Origin: Eubacteriales bacterium
GTDB lineage: Bacteria; Bacillota; Clostridia; Oscillospirales; CAG-272
Assembly (NCBI GenBank): GCA_045632345.1
Contig: JAZQWM010000082.1
Span: forward strand, 147,686-211,685
Direction of reading: 5' to 3'
DNA length: 64,000 bases
The position numbers and the translations under genes are program-made. The stretch's first letter is position 1. The number at the start of each line of letters is the position of its first letter. This document shows, piece after piece, positions 51,298 to 61,549 of the stretch. The notes under the pieces are model-generated. The model worked only from the letters and a program-made list of their open reading frames with translations. It searched no databases and was not told where the DNA came from.

Positions 51298-52899
51298 ATC
51301 GTGAAACGCATCTTTATAAAATGTATAAAAACGGTTTATCCTATCAAGCAAAAATCGGCATAAGCCAATCAATTCCGCAAGCCATTGATTTTTTTGAGGG
51401 TAGGCAATGGCCTGCTCCCACAGAAAGCACAAAGAATTTGCCAAGACCTGTTATTAACGTTGTTAAGCAAATTTGCCGCAGCAAGAAATCTGCAATTCTC
51501 TCAACTCCGGTTAAGCCTATTTTCAAAAGCTACACCCAATGCATTGACATATCAAAATTCAATTCCTTTGCAACGTCAATTTTCAAGGAGCTTGGGCAGG
51601 ACGCCCTTGACAAGCTTGCCATTGATGACGGCGTAAAGAAGGGCTCGTACTTCTACCATTACTATTGGGACAAAAACGCCATTGACTTAAACGGCATTAT
51701 GGACGGCGGCGTAAGATGTGAGCTAATTGACCCGCTTAACATTTTCTTTTCAAATCCGTCAATTTATGACGAGCAGAAGCAAAAGTGGATTTTGATTGCA
51801 TCACATCTTGATTTAAGTGAGGCATCTGCATTATGCGACGGAAATATAAGCATCGAAGCTCTTGAGACTGACAAAAACCAAGACGGCTCAATTACGGTGC
51901 TTACACGATATTTCAGAGTTGACGGCGAGGTTTACTTAGAGCGAGGAACGCGCTCACAAATGATTGCAGGTCCGTACCCCATCGCTCCTGCTGAGATAAA
52001 CCCCGTAAATGCTGGAAAGTTGGACGACTAAAAAACAGGCAGAGACAATAAAACGTGTGCGAGCAGGGCTATATCCTATCGTTTGCGGATTTTATGAAAA
52101 GCGCGACGGCTCAATTTTCGGCATTAGCGAAATTGACGGCATTATTCCAAATCAAAAGTCAATCAATTTCAACATTGCCATGAGCCTACTTAACGCTCAG
52201 GAATGTGCGTGGGGCAAATACGTTGCTCTACCAAACGCTTTAAAGGGTCAAAAGATTTCCAACGTGCCGGGACAGGTGCTTATCGACCATTCAGGCACAG
52301 GCAACGGCATTAAGCGTATGCAGGAGCAGCCATTAAGCTCCGTGCCTATGTCTATAACGGACAGCATTATTGAAATGACCAAGTCATCAAGCGGAGTTAA
52401 TGCCATTATGGGCGGCGACCTACAATGGTCCAACATGTCGGGAGTTGCGATAGCTCAGCTTCAAGCCCAAGCTCAGCTACCTATCGAGGAGCTTCGCTCT
52501 CAGTTTTGGGAGGTTAAGCGCAAGCAGGCTCTTGTTATAGCTCAGTTTATGAAGCTGTATTATTATAAGAAGCAATTTGTTACGGTAATTAACCAAGACG
52601 GCATGGATAAAGAAATTTTCGACTACTTTACGTCAAGGGACTACGAAAATTCAATTTTTGACGTATCGGTTGAGGTATGCGGTGGCTCTAATTATTCAAG
52701 CACGTCTGTAATTAGTATGCTTGATAGCTGCTTAAGTAGCGGAAAAATCTCTATTGAGACCTATATTAAAGCATATCCCGACTCTGCTCTTATCAATAAA
52801 ACTGAAATTTTAAAGCAAATCGAAGCTGAAAAATCATCAGAGCTTCAACGCTTAAGAAATGAGCTTAACGAGTTAAAATCATCAAAAATTAACGCTTAA
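51273..52899 (+). CDS. Phage portal protein (P22-like), split into two overlapping ORFs (51273..52031 and 52009..52899)
   Basis: DFFEGRQW, PRPVINVVK, ELIDPLNIF, YPIV, GISEIDGIIPNQKSIN, SGVAIAQLQ; position between terL and scaffold. Confidence 0.75.
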
Positions 52900-53015
52900 A
52901 TTTATCAAATTTGTTGACAAATCAACACATGATTTTGAATAAAATCCCAAACCGATTTTTTTACAAAACAGTTGACCCTGTGTCTGTAAATCAACATTTT
53001 TGAGAAAGGAAAATT

Positions 53016-53705
53016 ATGCAAAATAATAAGCAAAAATTTAAGGAGTTTTCCCCACTCTGTGTGGATAATTCCACAAAAAATCAAGAAAAATCAAATCAAA
53101 ATCAGTCTCTTTCAGGTGTTACTGATAAAAACGATGAAAAAACGCCTAATTTTCAAGAAAACAGCGACGTTTTGTCTGCAAGCGCGGTAGATTTACCCGT
53201 CGAGGGCGTTTCCGACATCAACAGTGCTTCAAATGCAAGTAAAACCGACGGTTTTGAGCAAAAAGCGGCTGAAAGCCAAGAGAACACAGGCGAAAGTCAA
53301 GAGAATGCAGGCGAAAGCCAAGAGAATACAGGCGAAAGCAAGGTTATTTTAACCTATGAAAGCCAAATCGAGCGTGATTTTAACGATTTTTCTATAATTT
53401 ATCCGCATATAAGTAAGGAGCATCTTCTTTCTAACGAAAGCTTAAGGCTTTTTGCTGAGGGCAAGGAAAGCAAGCAGCTTAGCGTTGTTTACGCTACCTA
53501 CTGCAAATTCGCTAATATTATTGCAAACGATGCAATTTTGCAGGAAAAATCACGAATTTCTAACGCCAGCAGCTCCTCAGGGTCATTATCTAGCTCACAA
53601 GGAGCAAACAAATCTTATTTTACCAAAGAGCAGGTAAAAGCCATGTCCGCCGAGGAAATTAAGCAAAATTACGATTTAATAAGACAAAGTCAAAGAAGCT
53701 GGTAG
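53016..53705 (+). CDS. Putative capsid scaffolding protein
   Basis: Acidic disordered N-terminus with ESQEN[T/A]G x3; C-terminal FTKEQVKAMSAEEI..NYDLIRQS; lies directly before the capsid gene. Confidence 0.65.
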   Translation: MQNNKQKFKEFSPLCVDNSTKNQEKSNQNQSLSGVTDKNDEKTPNFQENSDVLSASAVDLPVEGVSDINSASNASKTDGFEQKAAESQENTGESQENAGESQENTGESKVILTYESQIERDFNDFSIIYPHISKEHLLSNESLRLFAEGKESKQLSVVYATYCKFANIIANDAILQEKSRISNASSSSGSLSSSQGANKSYFTKEQVKAMSAEEIKQNYDLIRQSQRSW

Positions 53706-53777
53706 TACCTTTCTTGCTTGGCGCAAATATACGGTCATATCCCAAAGGGAATGAACCACAAGGAAAGGAAAAATATT

Positions 53778-54620
53778 ATGGCATATACTAACTTTATCCC
53801 ATCAGTATGGGCAGAAACAATCAACAGAGAATTAGAAAGAGCTTGCGTGTTCGTTGAGGACTGCAACAGACAATATGAGGGCTTAGTGTCCTCAAAAGGA
53901 GACAGCGTACATATTTTAGGCGTTGGCAAGCCTACAATCAAGACGTTGGACCGCGCAAACGCCTCAGGCGAGATCGACTCTGCCGAGGAAATCGAGGACA
54001 CGTCCGTTATCTTAGGCGTCAACCAAATCAGATATTTCAACTACATGGTTGGCGACATTGACAAGGCACAGGCAGTTGGCGGTCTTATGGATACGCTTTC
54101 AGCTGAAACCAGCGAGGGTCTTGCCCTTGAAATGGACAGATACATCTCATCAATGGCAACAAGCCAAGACGTTGAGAAGCTTACAGACACCGCTACCACG
54201 TTAACCAAGGACAACGTTCTTGACGTTCTTGATACAGCAATCATGAAGCTTCAAGAGAATGACGTTTCAATGGCGTCCGGCATTACAGTAACAGTATCCC
54301 CACGCTTCTACAAGCTCTTTAAGCAAGCGTACGTTGGCAAGGACACCGACAACAGCGATTTCCTTAAAAACGGCAAGGTCGCGATGTACGGCAACGTAAC
54401 GGTTAAGCTCTCAAACAACGTAGCAAGAACCGAGGACGGCGCAGTTGATAACATCATGATCCGTTCCAAGAGAGCTATCGCATTCGTTAACCCACTTACA
54501 CACACAGAAGCATACCGTCCTGAAAAGACATTTGCTGACGCTGTTAAGGGCTACGTTCTCTTTGACGGCAAGGTTGTAAGACCAAAGGAAATTATCAACA
54601 TCAACGTTAAGTACGCGTAA
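53778..54620 (+). CDS. Major capsid protein (P22 coat-like)
   Basis: NFIPSVWA, NRQYEG, GDSVHI, VGDIDKAQ, EAYRPEKTFADAVKG, GKVVRP; GAAAGGA RBS. Confidence 0.88.
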   Translation: MAYTNFIPSVWAETINRELERACVFVEDCNRQYEGLVSSKGDSVHILGVGKPTIKTLDRANASGEIDSAEEIEDTSVILGVNQIRYFNYMVGDIDKAQAVGGLMDTLSAETSEGLALEMDRYISSMATSQDVEKLTDTATTLTKDNVLDVLDTAIMKLQENDVSMASGITVTVSPRFYKLFKQAYVGKDTDNSDFLKNGKVAMYGNVTVKLSNNVARTEDGAVDNIMIRSKRAIAFVNPLTHTEAYRPEKTFADAVKGYVLFDGKVVRPKEIININVKYA

Positions 54621-54817
54621 GCGCATTACGCACAAGGCAAAATAAGGCGATTTAAGCGCATTATAACCTAAATTGGATAAATTACACTTAAAACTCAGAT
54701 AAGGGTCTTAAACGGTCTTATTTTCAGCCTAAACAGCATTTAAAATCAATTTGCAAGCGCCAAAGCAAGATAATTAACCAAATTTCATTGTTGACAGGAA
54801 ATTCAAAACGAAATAAA

Positions 54818-54853
54818 GGAAAGGGCAGCCCATACGGACTGCTCTTTCTTTTT
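54818..54853 (+). terminator. Terminator after the capsid gene
   Basis: GAAAGGGCAG...CTGCTCTTTC followed by a T run. Confidence 0.65.
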
Positions 54854-55512
54854 GGAATTTTATTCAGGATTTTCAGAGATTGAATTTCTTGCATTTTTTG
54901 AATTTCAGCTGACCCTGTGTCTGTAATTCAAATTTTTCTCAAAATTGTTATTTGCATAATTATACACACAAATCGCATAAATATACAAAAGCAATAATTT
55001 CGGGGTTTTGTTTGCCCTGTGTCTTTAAAATGGTATATTTTCCTTTCAAAACAACGCAAAGCCAAGGGTTTTTGGCGCTTTTTAATGAATTTTCTTTCAA
55101 TTTGCATGCATTTCTCTACTGAGGGGTTAAATTTAAGCTTAAAGCACGTAAAACAGCTGCAAAACAAGCTATTTTCGGGCAAAATTAAGGTATTTTAACC
55201 CACTTTAATCCATTCGGAGTCGGTTTAATCCATTTTAAGCATTTTAAGACATTTTAAAGCCACCCATAAGGCATTTTATAAGCCATTAAAGACGTTTCAA
55301 GGCGTTTTAAGCCACTTTAAGACGTTTCCAATACAAATTCTGTCTTTGTGGCGCATAAGCATGCAATGCGCGTCATGACAAGCCAAATAAGGCTGTTTTA
55401 AAGGAGATATAGCTCTATCAATGATTTATTGTCGTTATAAAGGAAAATTAAGCCAACGTCGTTATATCCGCTCTCAGACAAACAAAAGCCTTATATATGG
55501 CGTTATAGCATG

Positions 55513-55956
55513 CTATTTTTTCTCTATTTTCTTAATCAACCTAGAAGTTAAGCAAGCAACAGATAACACCACGAGCGCAGCAGCAACCAAATCGCAAAGC
55601 AATATACGGTAGGATTTCTCACAAACGAAAGCACCCTTACTTCTCTTTTCTTTAAGCTTTATTACTTTACGACAAGCATCCAAGCTACCGATATTTTCCT
55701 CTGCTTTAAAGGCAAAATGAGCTTCGTTTGTATCGGGTTTGTCATGCTCCAAGGCGTAGCTATCGCAGAAACAAGTGTCATTTTCCGGGCTTAAATCATG
55801 TTTATTTTCAACCTTATTTACCGCGCCTAAGGAAGCGTTTTCCAAAGCACAATTAACAATATCCTTACGTTTAAGAACATAAAAAGAGCGTTTAGTTTTA
55901 ACGGTTATGACAGTTCTTTTAGGGTCATTTCTGTATCTTTTAATAAAGCCAAGCAT
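55513..55956 (-). CDS. Hypothetical protein with C-terminal TM segment
   Basis: GAGG RBS; 147-aa ORF. Confidence 0.5.
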   Translation of the reverse strand: MLGFIKRYRNDPKRTVITVKTKRSFYVLKRKDIVNCALENASLGAVNKVENKHDLSPENDTCFCDSYALEHDKPDTNEAHFAFKAEENIGSLDACRKVIKLKEKRSKGAFVCEKSYRILLCDLVAAALVVLSVACLTSRLIKKIEKK

Positions 55957-56209
55957 ATAAAGGATTCCTCACGTTTTTATTTTTAGTATATGCATTTTCA
56001 CACGTAATATTTTTACATATTTTTCCATTTATTAGCATGTTTCAGCCGTTTTCGAAAGAAATATGCCTAATAATTTATATGATGACAACGCAATGCGACA
56101 CGTTGCGATAACGAAGGGTGCTAAAATAATCGTAAAAGATAAGGGAGTGATGGGAAATGTAAAATTTACATATTTTGGTAATATTTAAAGAAAACAAAGG
56201 AGAAAAAGG

Positions 56210-57022
56210 ATGTCAAATCAGCAAAACACAGTACAAAGCCAAGAAATTCAACAAATCGAAGTAACAAGGATATCGCCAAACCCCAACCAACCAAGAAAAA
56301 TATTTAATGAGGACAGCATAATCAAGCTAGCTGACAGTATCAACCAATACGGCATAATTCAGCCATTAACCGTAAGAAAAGTAGGCGAAAATTACGAATT
56401 AGTAGCAGGAGAAAGGCGTTTAAGAGCTGCTAAGGAGCTTGGGCTTAGCCACGTTCCCTGTGTAGTAATAGCCATAAACGAGGAAAAATCAGCAGAAATA
56501 TCTATAATAGAGAACCTTATAAGAGAGGATTTGAACGTTTTCGAGCAAGCAGAGGCAATAGAAGCTTTAATTGATACATACGGTCTTACCCAAGAGCAAA
56601 TCGCCGCCAAGCTATCAAACAGTCAATCTTTTGTGGCAAATAAGCTTAGATTATTAAGATATAACCCAAACGAAAGAGAGATAATCCTAAAAAACAACCT
56701 TACAGAACGTCATGCAAGGGCGTTATTACGAGTTTTAGACCCCGATTTAAGGGCGAAGCTACTTAACAGAATAGTTACAGAGCATTTGAACGTAAGCGCC
56801 TCAGAAGAGCTTATAGAAGCACATTTAAACCAAGAAGCCACAACGCAAAAGCAAGACAAACACACATATAAGTCAGTAAATTCGTTCTATTCCGCCATAA
56901 ATCGTGCCATTGATACAATAAAGAACAGCGGGATAGAAATCAAAAGCCGCAGGGTAGAAAGCGATAACTATACCGAATTAACAATTCTAGTACCCAAATT
57001 TAGCGAAATCACAGTAGAATAG
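56210..57022 (+). CDS. ParB-family protein, nucleoid occlusion (Noc)-like
   Basis: PNPNQPRK, AGERRLRA, ENLIREDL, VANKLRLL, LTERHARALL; upstream of parA-parB. Confidence 0.85.
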   Translation: MSNQQNTVQSQEIQQIEVTRISPNPNQPRKIFNEDSIIKLADSINQYGIIQPLTVRKVGENYELVAGERRLRAAKELGLSHVPCVVIAINEEKSAEISIIENLIREDLNVFEQAEAIEALIDTYGLTQEQIAAKLSNSQSFVANKLRLLRYNPNEREIILKNNLTERHARALLRVLDPDLRAKLLNRIVTEHLNVSASEELIEAHLNQEATTQKQDKHTYKSVNSFYSAINRAIDTIKNSGIEIKSRRVESDNYTELTILVPKFSEITVE

Positions 57023-57055
57023 CGATAAACCCACTAGCCAAGCTGGTGGGTTTTG

Positions 57056-57454
57056 TGTTTCACGTGAAACAAAGGTTCGCAGAGCGAACAGTGGTCAGTG
57101 GTCAGTGGTCAGTGGTCAGTGGTCAGTGGTCAGTGGTCAGTGGTCAGTGGTCAGTGAGGGGTGGATTGGTCAAGCGCAAGATTTCAAAACAAGTCAAACA
57201 GTATAAGAGTTGTTTCACGTGAAACGCTGAATTTTGTGTAAAATATAGCGATTTTTTCATTCTTAAAAACAAACAGCAAATAATACTCAACATTATTTTG
57301 ATAATTTATTTTAAGAACTGTTTTTGAAGTGTTTTTTGACGTTTCACGTGAAACATTTGAGTCGCCAGCCGTTAGCGGTCAGCGGTTAGCGAAATTAGCT
57401 ATATGCAAGTTTTAAAAATATAATCTAGCGTTAGCGTTTGTTTCACGTGAAACA
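57056..57454. promoter_or_regulatory. Four parS sites (57056-57071, 57211-57226, 57340-57355, 57439-57454)
   Basis: TGTTTCACGTGAAACA, two perfect and two with one terminal mismatch. Confidence 0.93.
57089..57156. repeat. (CAGTGGT)n heptamer microsatellite, about 9.5 units
   Basis: Perfect tandem array. Confidence 0.95.
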
Positions 57455-57637
57455 TGGGTGTTTTATTATTGAATTTTGTGTTTTGAATTTAATCATTTAT
57501 CTAACATCACTATCTGCTAACGGCTAACAACTAACAGCTAAAATTCACGGAATGTAAATTTTCATATTGATTTTACGATGTTTTCATGATATAATTTTAT
57601 CGTAAGGTTAGATATACATAAAAGAAAGGAAAACACC

Positions 57638-58411
57638 GTGCATATAATTTCATTTGCAAATCAAAAGGGCGGAGTAGGAAAAACAACGTCAGCGGTAAAC
57701 TGTGCCGCTTGCTTAGGTGGCTTAGGTAAGAAAACCCTTTTGATTGATTTAGACCCGCAGGGAAGCTCCACAAGTGGCGTCGGTGTTGCTAAAAACACAC
57801 TTAAATACTCATCATATGACGTATTAACCAAAAATTGTGCGCCAACCAAAGCAATCATTAAGACAGAGTTCGCAAATTTATCGGTTATGCCATCAAATAT
57901 GTCCTTAGCGGCAGCAGAATTAGAGCTTGCAACAGAGGAAAAGAGAGAGTATTTTTTAAAGGGAGCTTTAGAAGAGCTTGAAAAAACAAGCGATTTTGAT
58001 TACGTTATTATAGATTGCCCACCGTCATTAGGCATTATCACAATTAATGCGTTAGCTGCAAGCCAGGGCTTAGTTGTGCCAATTCAATGCGAATATTTCG
58101 CGCTTGAAGGACTTTCACAGCTTATGATGACGTTCAAATCAGTTAGACAACGCTATAATCCACGCTTAAATATTACAGGTATTTTAATTACAATGTTTAA
58201 TTCTAGATATAAATTATCATCTCAGGTATTAGAAGAATTAAATAAATATTACAGCTATCAGCTATTCGACACAAAAATTTCACGTTCAGTAACGTTATCT
58301 GAAGCTCCGAGCTTCGGCGAGCCTATTAAATATTACTCAAAATATTCAAAGGGTAGCTTAGAATACGAAAAGGTAGCTAAGGAAATTATTACAAGGACAG
58401 AAGGATATTAA
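57638..58411 (+). CDS. parA: ParA/Soj ATPase
   Basis: NQKGGVGKTT, DLDPQG, DCPPSLG, EYFALEG, EAPSFG. Confidence 0.95.
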   Translation: MHIISFANQKGGVGKTTSAVNCAACLGGLGKKTLLIDLDPQGSSTSGVGVAKNTLKYSSYDVLTKNCAPTKAIIKTEFANLSVMPSNMSLAAAELELATEEKREYFLKGALEELEKTSDFDYVIIDCPPSLGIITINALAASQGLVVPIQCEYFALEGLSQLMMTFKSVRQRYNPRLNITGILITMFNSRYKLSSQVLEELNKYYSYQLFDTKISRSVTLSEAPSFGEPIKYYSKYSKGSLEYEKVAKEIITRTEGY

Positions 58412-58508
58412 AAGAGAGGTCAGGGGATAGGAGACAGGGAATAGGGAAAAGTGCCTTATTTTATTGAATTTTAGAGAGACAAAAAACACGGAGAAAGGAA
58501 AATTAGTT

Positions 58509-59402
58509 ATGAAAAAAGGTTTAGGAAAAGGCTTAGATTCAATCTTTGCAGAGAATTATATTGAATCAACGGTTAAAAACGAAGGTGTACAAACGCTAAA
58601 TATTATTGATATAGAGCCAAAAAAGGATCAACCAAGAAAGTATTTTGACGAGGACGCTTTAAATCAACTTGCAGAATCTATCAAGCAACACGGTTTAATT
58701 CAACCTATTATTGTAAGAGAGGTTGGCGGCGGATTTTATCAAATTATCGCCGGAGAGCGTAGATGGAGAGCTTCAAAGCTTGCAGGACTCACAGAAATCC
58801 CTGCAATTATCATTGATGCAGACGCTTTAAAGGCTGCTGAGCTTGCAATTATTGAAAATATCCAAAGAGAGGACTTAAATCCATTTGAAGAAGCACAGGC
58901 TTACCGTTCACTTATGACACAGTACAGCTTAACCCAAGAAGAGGTTGCTTCAAAGGTAGGAAAGTCAAGAAGTGCTATTGCAAACACAATGCGCTTGCTT
59001 GATTTGCCTGAAGAAGTTCTTGAAATGCTACAAGCACAGGATATTTCAGCAGGCCATGCAAGAGCTTTACTTGGCTTAAAGGATAAGGACGTTATCGTAG
59101 ATACCGCCCATAAGATACTAATTCGTTCTCTTTCTGTAAGAGATACAGAGGATTTAGTAAAGAAAATGAACAAGCTTTATGACAAGGCTATAAATAATAA
59201 GGAAGAAGAAGACAGCACTGACGACCTAGTTGTTGACTACGCAAAGGACCTTGAAAGAAGAGCCATGTCTTTAACCGGTAAGATGATTAAGATTAAAAAC
59301 AAGGGCAAAATGAAGTCCATTGAGATTGAATACGTTGACAATGAGGACCTTGAGGAAATCCTAGTTAAGCTTTGCGGCAAGGCTATTACCGAGGAAAACT
59401 AA
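58509..59402 (+). CDS. parB: ParB/Spo0J
   Basis: KKGLGKGLD, AGERRWRA, ENIQREDL, GKSRSAIAN, SAGHARALL. Confidence 0.95.
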   Translation: MKKGLGKGLDSIFAENYIESTVKNEGVQTLNIIDIEPKKDQPRKYFDEDALNQLAESIKQHGLIQPIIVREVGGGFYQIIAGERRWRASKLAGLTEIPAIIIDADALKAAELAIIENIQREDLNPFEEAQAYRSLMTQYSLTQEEVASKVGKSRSAIANTMRLLDLPEEVLEMLQAQDISAGHARALLGLKDKDVIVDTAHKILIRSLSVRDTEDLVKKMNKLYDKAINNKEEEDSTDDLVVDYAKDLERRAMSLTGKMIKIKNKGKMKSIEIEYVDNEDLEEILVKLCGKAITEEN

Positions 59403-59403
59403 T

Positions 59404-59874
59404 ATGTATTTAACCGCACTTGAAAATAACTCAACTGAGTTAATTATATGGGGTATTTGCATTGGCGTTGTTTTGGGGTTTGTTGGTAACTTTATTTCAA
59501 AAGCCATTATGGGTCCATTCGTCAGAGCATTGCTTTCAAAGGGTGCTGTCGGAGAGGAAAATGCAATTTCCTTGCGCGACGCAGGCTTTCTTTACAGAAA
59601 GCTCCTTATGATAGCTATTCGCGATGGCTCAGCACTAAGAAACATCGTTTCCGTGGCGGGTGGCAAATTGCCAACCGTAACCGCAGGCGGCAAGACCGCT
59701 ATTGACTACGAAAAAGCGTTGTTTTATATCCCAGAGGACAAAAAGTCCAAAGCCGAAGCTACCTTTAATGAGGGAGAAAAGTGGTACGTTTTGCTTATAT
59801 TTATAGTTGTCGCAATCGCGTGCGCCTACGGAATGAGCAAGGTTATGCCCCTTCTTGTTGAAGCATTATTCTAA
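59404..59874 (+). CDS. Hypothetical membrane protein
   Basis: N- and C-terminal TM helices; starts right after parB. Confidence 0.7.
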   Translation: MYLTALENNSTELIIWGICIGVVLGFVGNFISKAIMGPFVRALLSKGAVGEENAISLRDAGFLYRKLLMIAIRDGSALRNIVSVAGGKLPTVTAGGKTAIDYEKALFYIPEDKKSKAEATFNEGEKWYVLLIFIVVAIACAYGMSKVMPLLVEALF

Positions 59875-59986
59875 TAGAAAACTGCCTTGCAGGTCGCAAG
59901 GCAGTTCTTTTCTTATATTATATATTATAGAAAAGCTGTTTTTCAGAAAAATTCAAAAAAAATTGAAAAAAATTTTAAAAAAGGTA

Positions 59987-60015
59987 TTGACAAATGACCC
60001 TGTTGTGTGTATAAT
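59987..60015 (+). promoter_or_regulatory. SigmaA promoter of the perR-rubrerythrin operon
   Basis: TTGACA-17-TATAAT, followed by the CAGTAATCATTACTG inverted repeat (candidate operator). Confidence 0.75.
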
Positions 60016-60073
60016 AATAACAGTAATCATTACTGATAAGGATTACTGAGTTACAGAAAGGATACAACAGTGT

Positions 60074-60442
60074 ATGAGAAACACAACACAAAGAACAGAA
60101 ATTCTTAAGTTTCTGCGTTCGAAAAGACATCATTGTAGTGCTGTGCAAATCTACGATGCTGTCCGTCAGGTAATTCCCAACATAAGTCTTGGCACTGTTT
60201 ACAGAAACCTTAATAATTTATTGGAGCAGGGAGAGATAATTTCCGTTGAGGCGGTTGATAAATGTATTTACTATGACGGCTTCATTCAAGACCATGCGCA
60301 TTTTGTGTGCGGTGTCTGCAAGGAAATTTACGATTTTCCTATTGAGGTTGAAAAAAGAACCTCGCTCGTTAATGCAGGCTTCTCGGTTGATAGCGAAAGA
60401 GTTATCTATTACGGCACTTGCGCTAAGTGCAAAATAAAATAG
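60074..60442 (+). CDS. perR: Fur-family regulator, PerR-like
   Basis: ISLGTVYRNL, HAHFVCGVC, GTCAKC; adjacent rubrerythrin. Confidence 0.8.
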   Translation: MRNTTQRTEILKFLRSKRHHCSAVQIYDAVRQVIPNISLGTVYRNLNNLLEQGEIISVEAVDKCIYYDGFIQDHAHFVCGVCKEIYDFPIEVEKRTSLVNAGFSVDSERVIYYGTCAKCKIK

Positions 60443-60489
60443 CGAAATTAAAAAAGTAAAAATTTATTTAACATAAGGAGTTAAAAGTT

Positions 60490-61140
60490 ATGAAAAAGTT
60501 TGTATGTAAGGTTTGCGGTTACGTTCATGAAGGAGATGCAGCACCAGAAAAGTGCCCAAAGTGCAAGGTTGGCGCTGATAAGTTTGAGGAAGTAGTTTCA
60601 AAGAAGTACGTTTGCTCTGTTTGCGGTTACGTTCACGAGGGCGATAGCGCTCCCGAAAAATGCCCACAATGCGGTGTTCCAGCAGATAAGTTTACCGAGC
60701 AAGGCGCTGAGCGTTATTGGGCTGCTGAGCATATTATAGGCGTTGCTAATGGCGCTCCAGAGGATATCATTATGGACCTTCGCGCTAACTTCATGGGTGA
60801 ATGCACAGAGGTTGGTATGTACCTTGCAATGGCAAGAGTAGCTCATAGAGAAGGCTACCCAGAAATCGGCTTATATTGGGAAAAGGCAGCTTACGAGGAA
60901 GCAGAGCATGCTGCTAAGTTTGCAGAGCTTCTTGGCGAGGTTGTAACAGACTCAACAAAGAAGAACCTTGAAATGAGAGTCGAAGCAGAAAACGGCGCTA
61001 CAATGGGCAAGTTTGACCTTGCTAAGAGAGCTAAGGAATTAAACCTTGACGCTATTCACGACACCGTTCATGAAATGGCTCGCGATGAGGCAAGACACGG
61101 CAAGGCGTTTGAAGGCTTGCTCAACAGATACTTCAAATAA
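60490..61140 (+). CDS. rbr: Reverse rubrerythrin / NADH peroxidase with two N-terminal rubredoxin domains
   Basis: Two CxxCGY...CPxC domains, then a ferritin-like domain (EEAEH, DEARH). Confidence 0.9.
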   Translation: MKKFVCKVCGYVHEGDAAPEKCPKCKVGADKFEEVVSKKYVCSVCGYVHEGDSAPEKCPQCGVPADKFTEQGAERYWAAEHIIGVANGAPEDIIMDLRANFMGECTEVGMYLAMARVAHREGYPEIGLYWEKAAYEEAEHAAKFAELLGEVVTDSTKKNLEMRVEAENGATMGKFDLAKRAKELNLDAIHDTVHEMARDEARHGKAFEGLLNRYFK

Positions 61141-61332
61141 TCTTGTAAAGCCTTATACTACAAGGGTTTGTACAACTTAATACATCAAAGGGAATGAGTT
61201 ATGCTTGTTCCCTTTTTTGGCGCACTTTTCCACAAATTAGTGTAATTTTTATGGAATTTTGAGTTTGCTGATTTTCTAAAAAGCTCAAAATTCGGAAGCT
61301 CTAATTTTGGAAAGTTTTTATTTCAAAAAGTG

Positions 61333-61365
61333 TACCGGTCAGTACCGGTTTTTTTGTGTTATAAT
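61333..61365 (+). promoter_or_regulatory. Conserved non-sigmaA promoter motif, copy 3
   Basis: TACCGGTCAGTACCGG-T7-GTGT-TATAAT. Confidence 0.65.
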
Positions 61366-61549
61366 ATAATCACCCTAAGAACATATAATACTCATATGTA
61401 AGCAAAAGTTAATTTATTAGGCTTAGAAGAACTTCAAAAAAGTGAAAATAAAACAATCGAACTTTAATTAATTGTTTTGATGAAAACAGTTGAAATTTGG
61501 CGTTTTTTATGTTAGAATTTCTTTGTAATCAGACCAACGAGGTAATATC

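Noticed and set aside
53060-53068. DnaA box TGTGGATAA (also near 23699 and 61771)
   Set aside because: Isolated single copies inside coding regions, with no cluster or dnaA gene to indicate oriC.
47960-54620. Intact inducible prophage or PICI-type satellite
   Set aside because: No integrase, repressor, primase/helicase, att pair, tail or lysis genes are recognisable between the flanking host genes.
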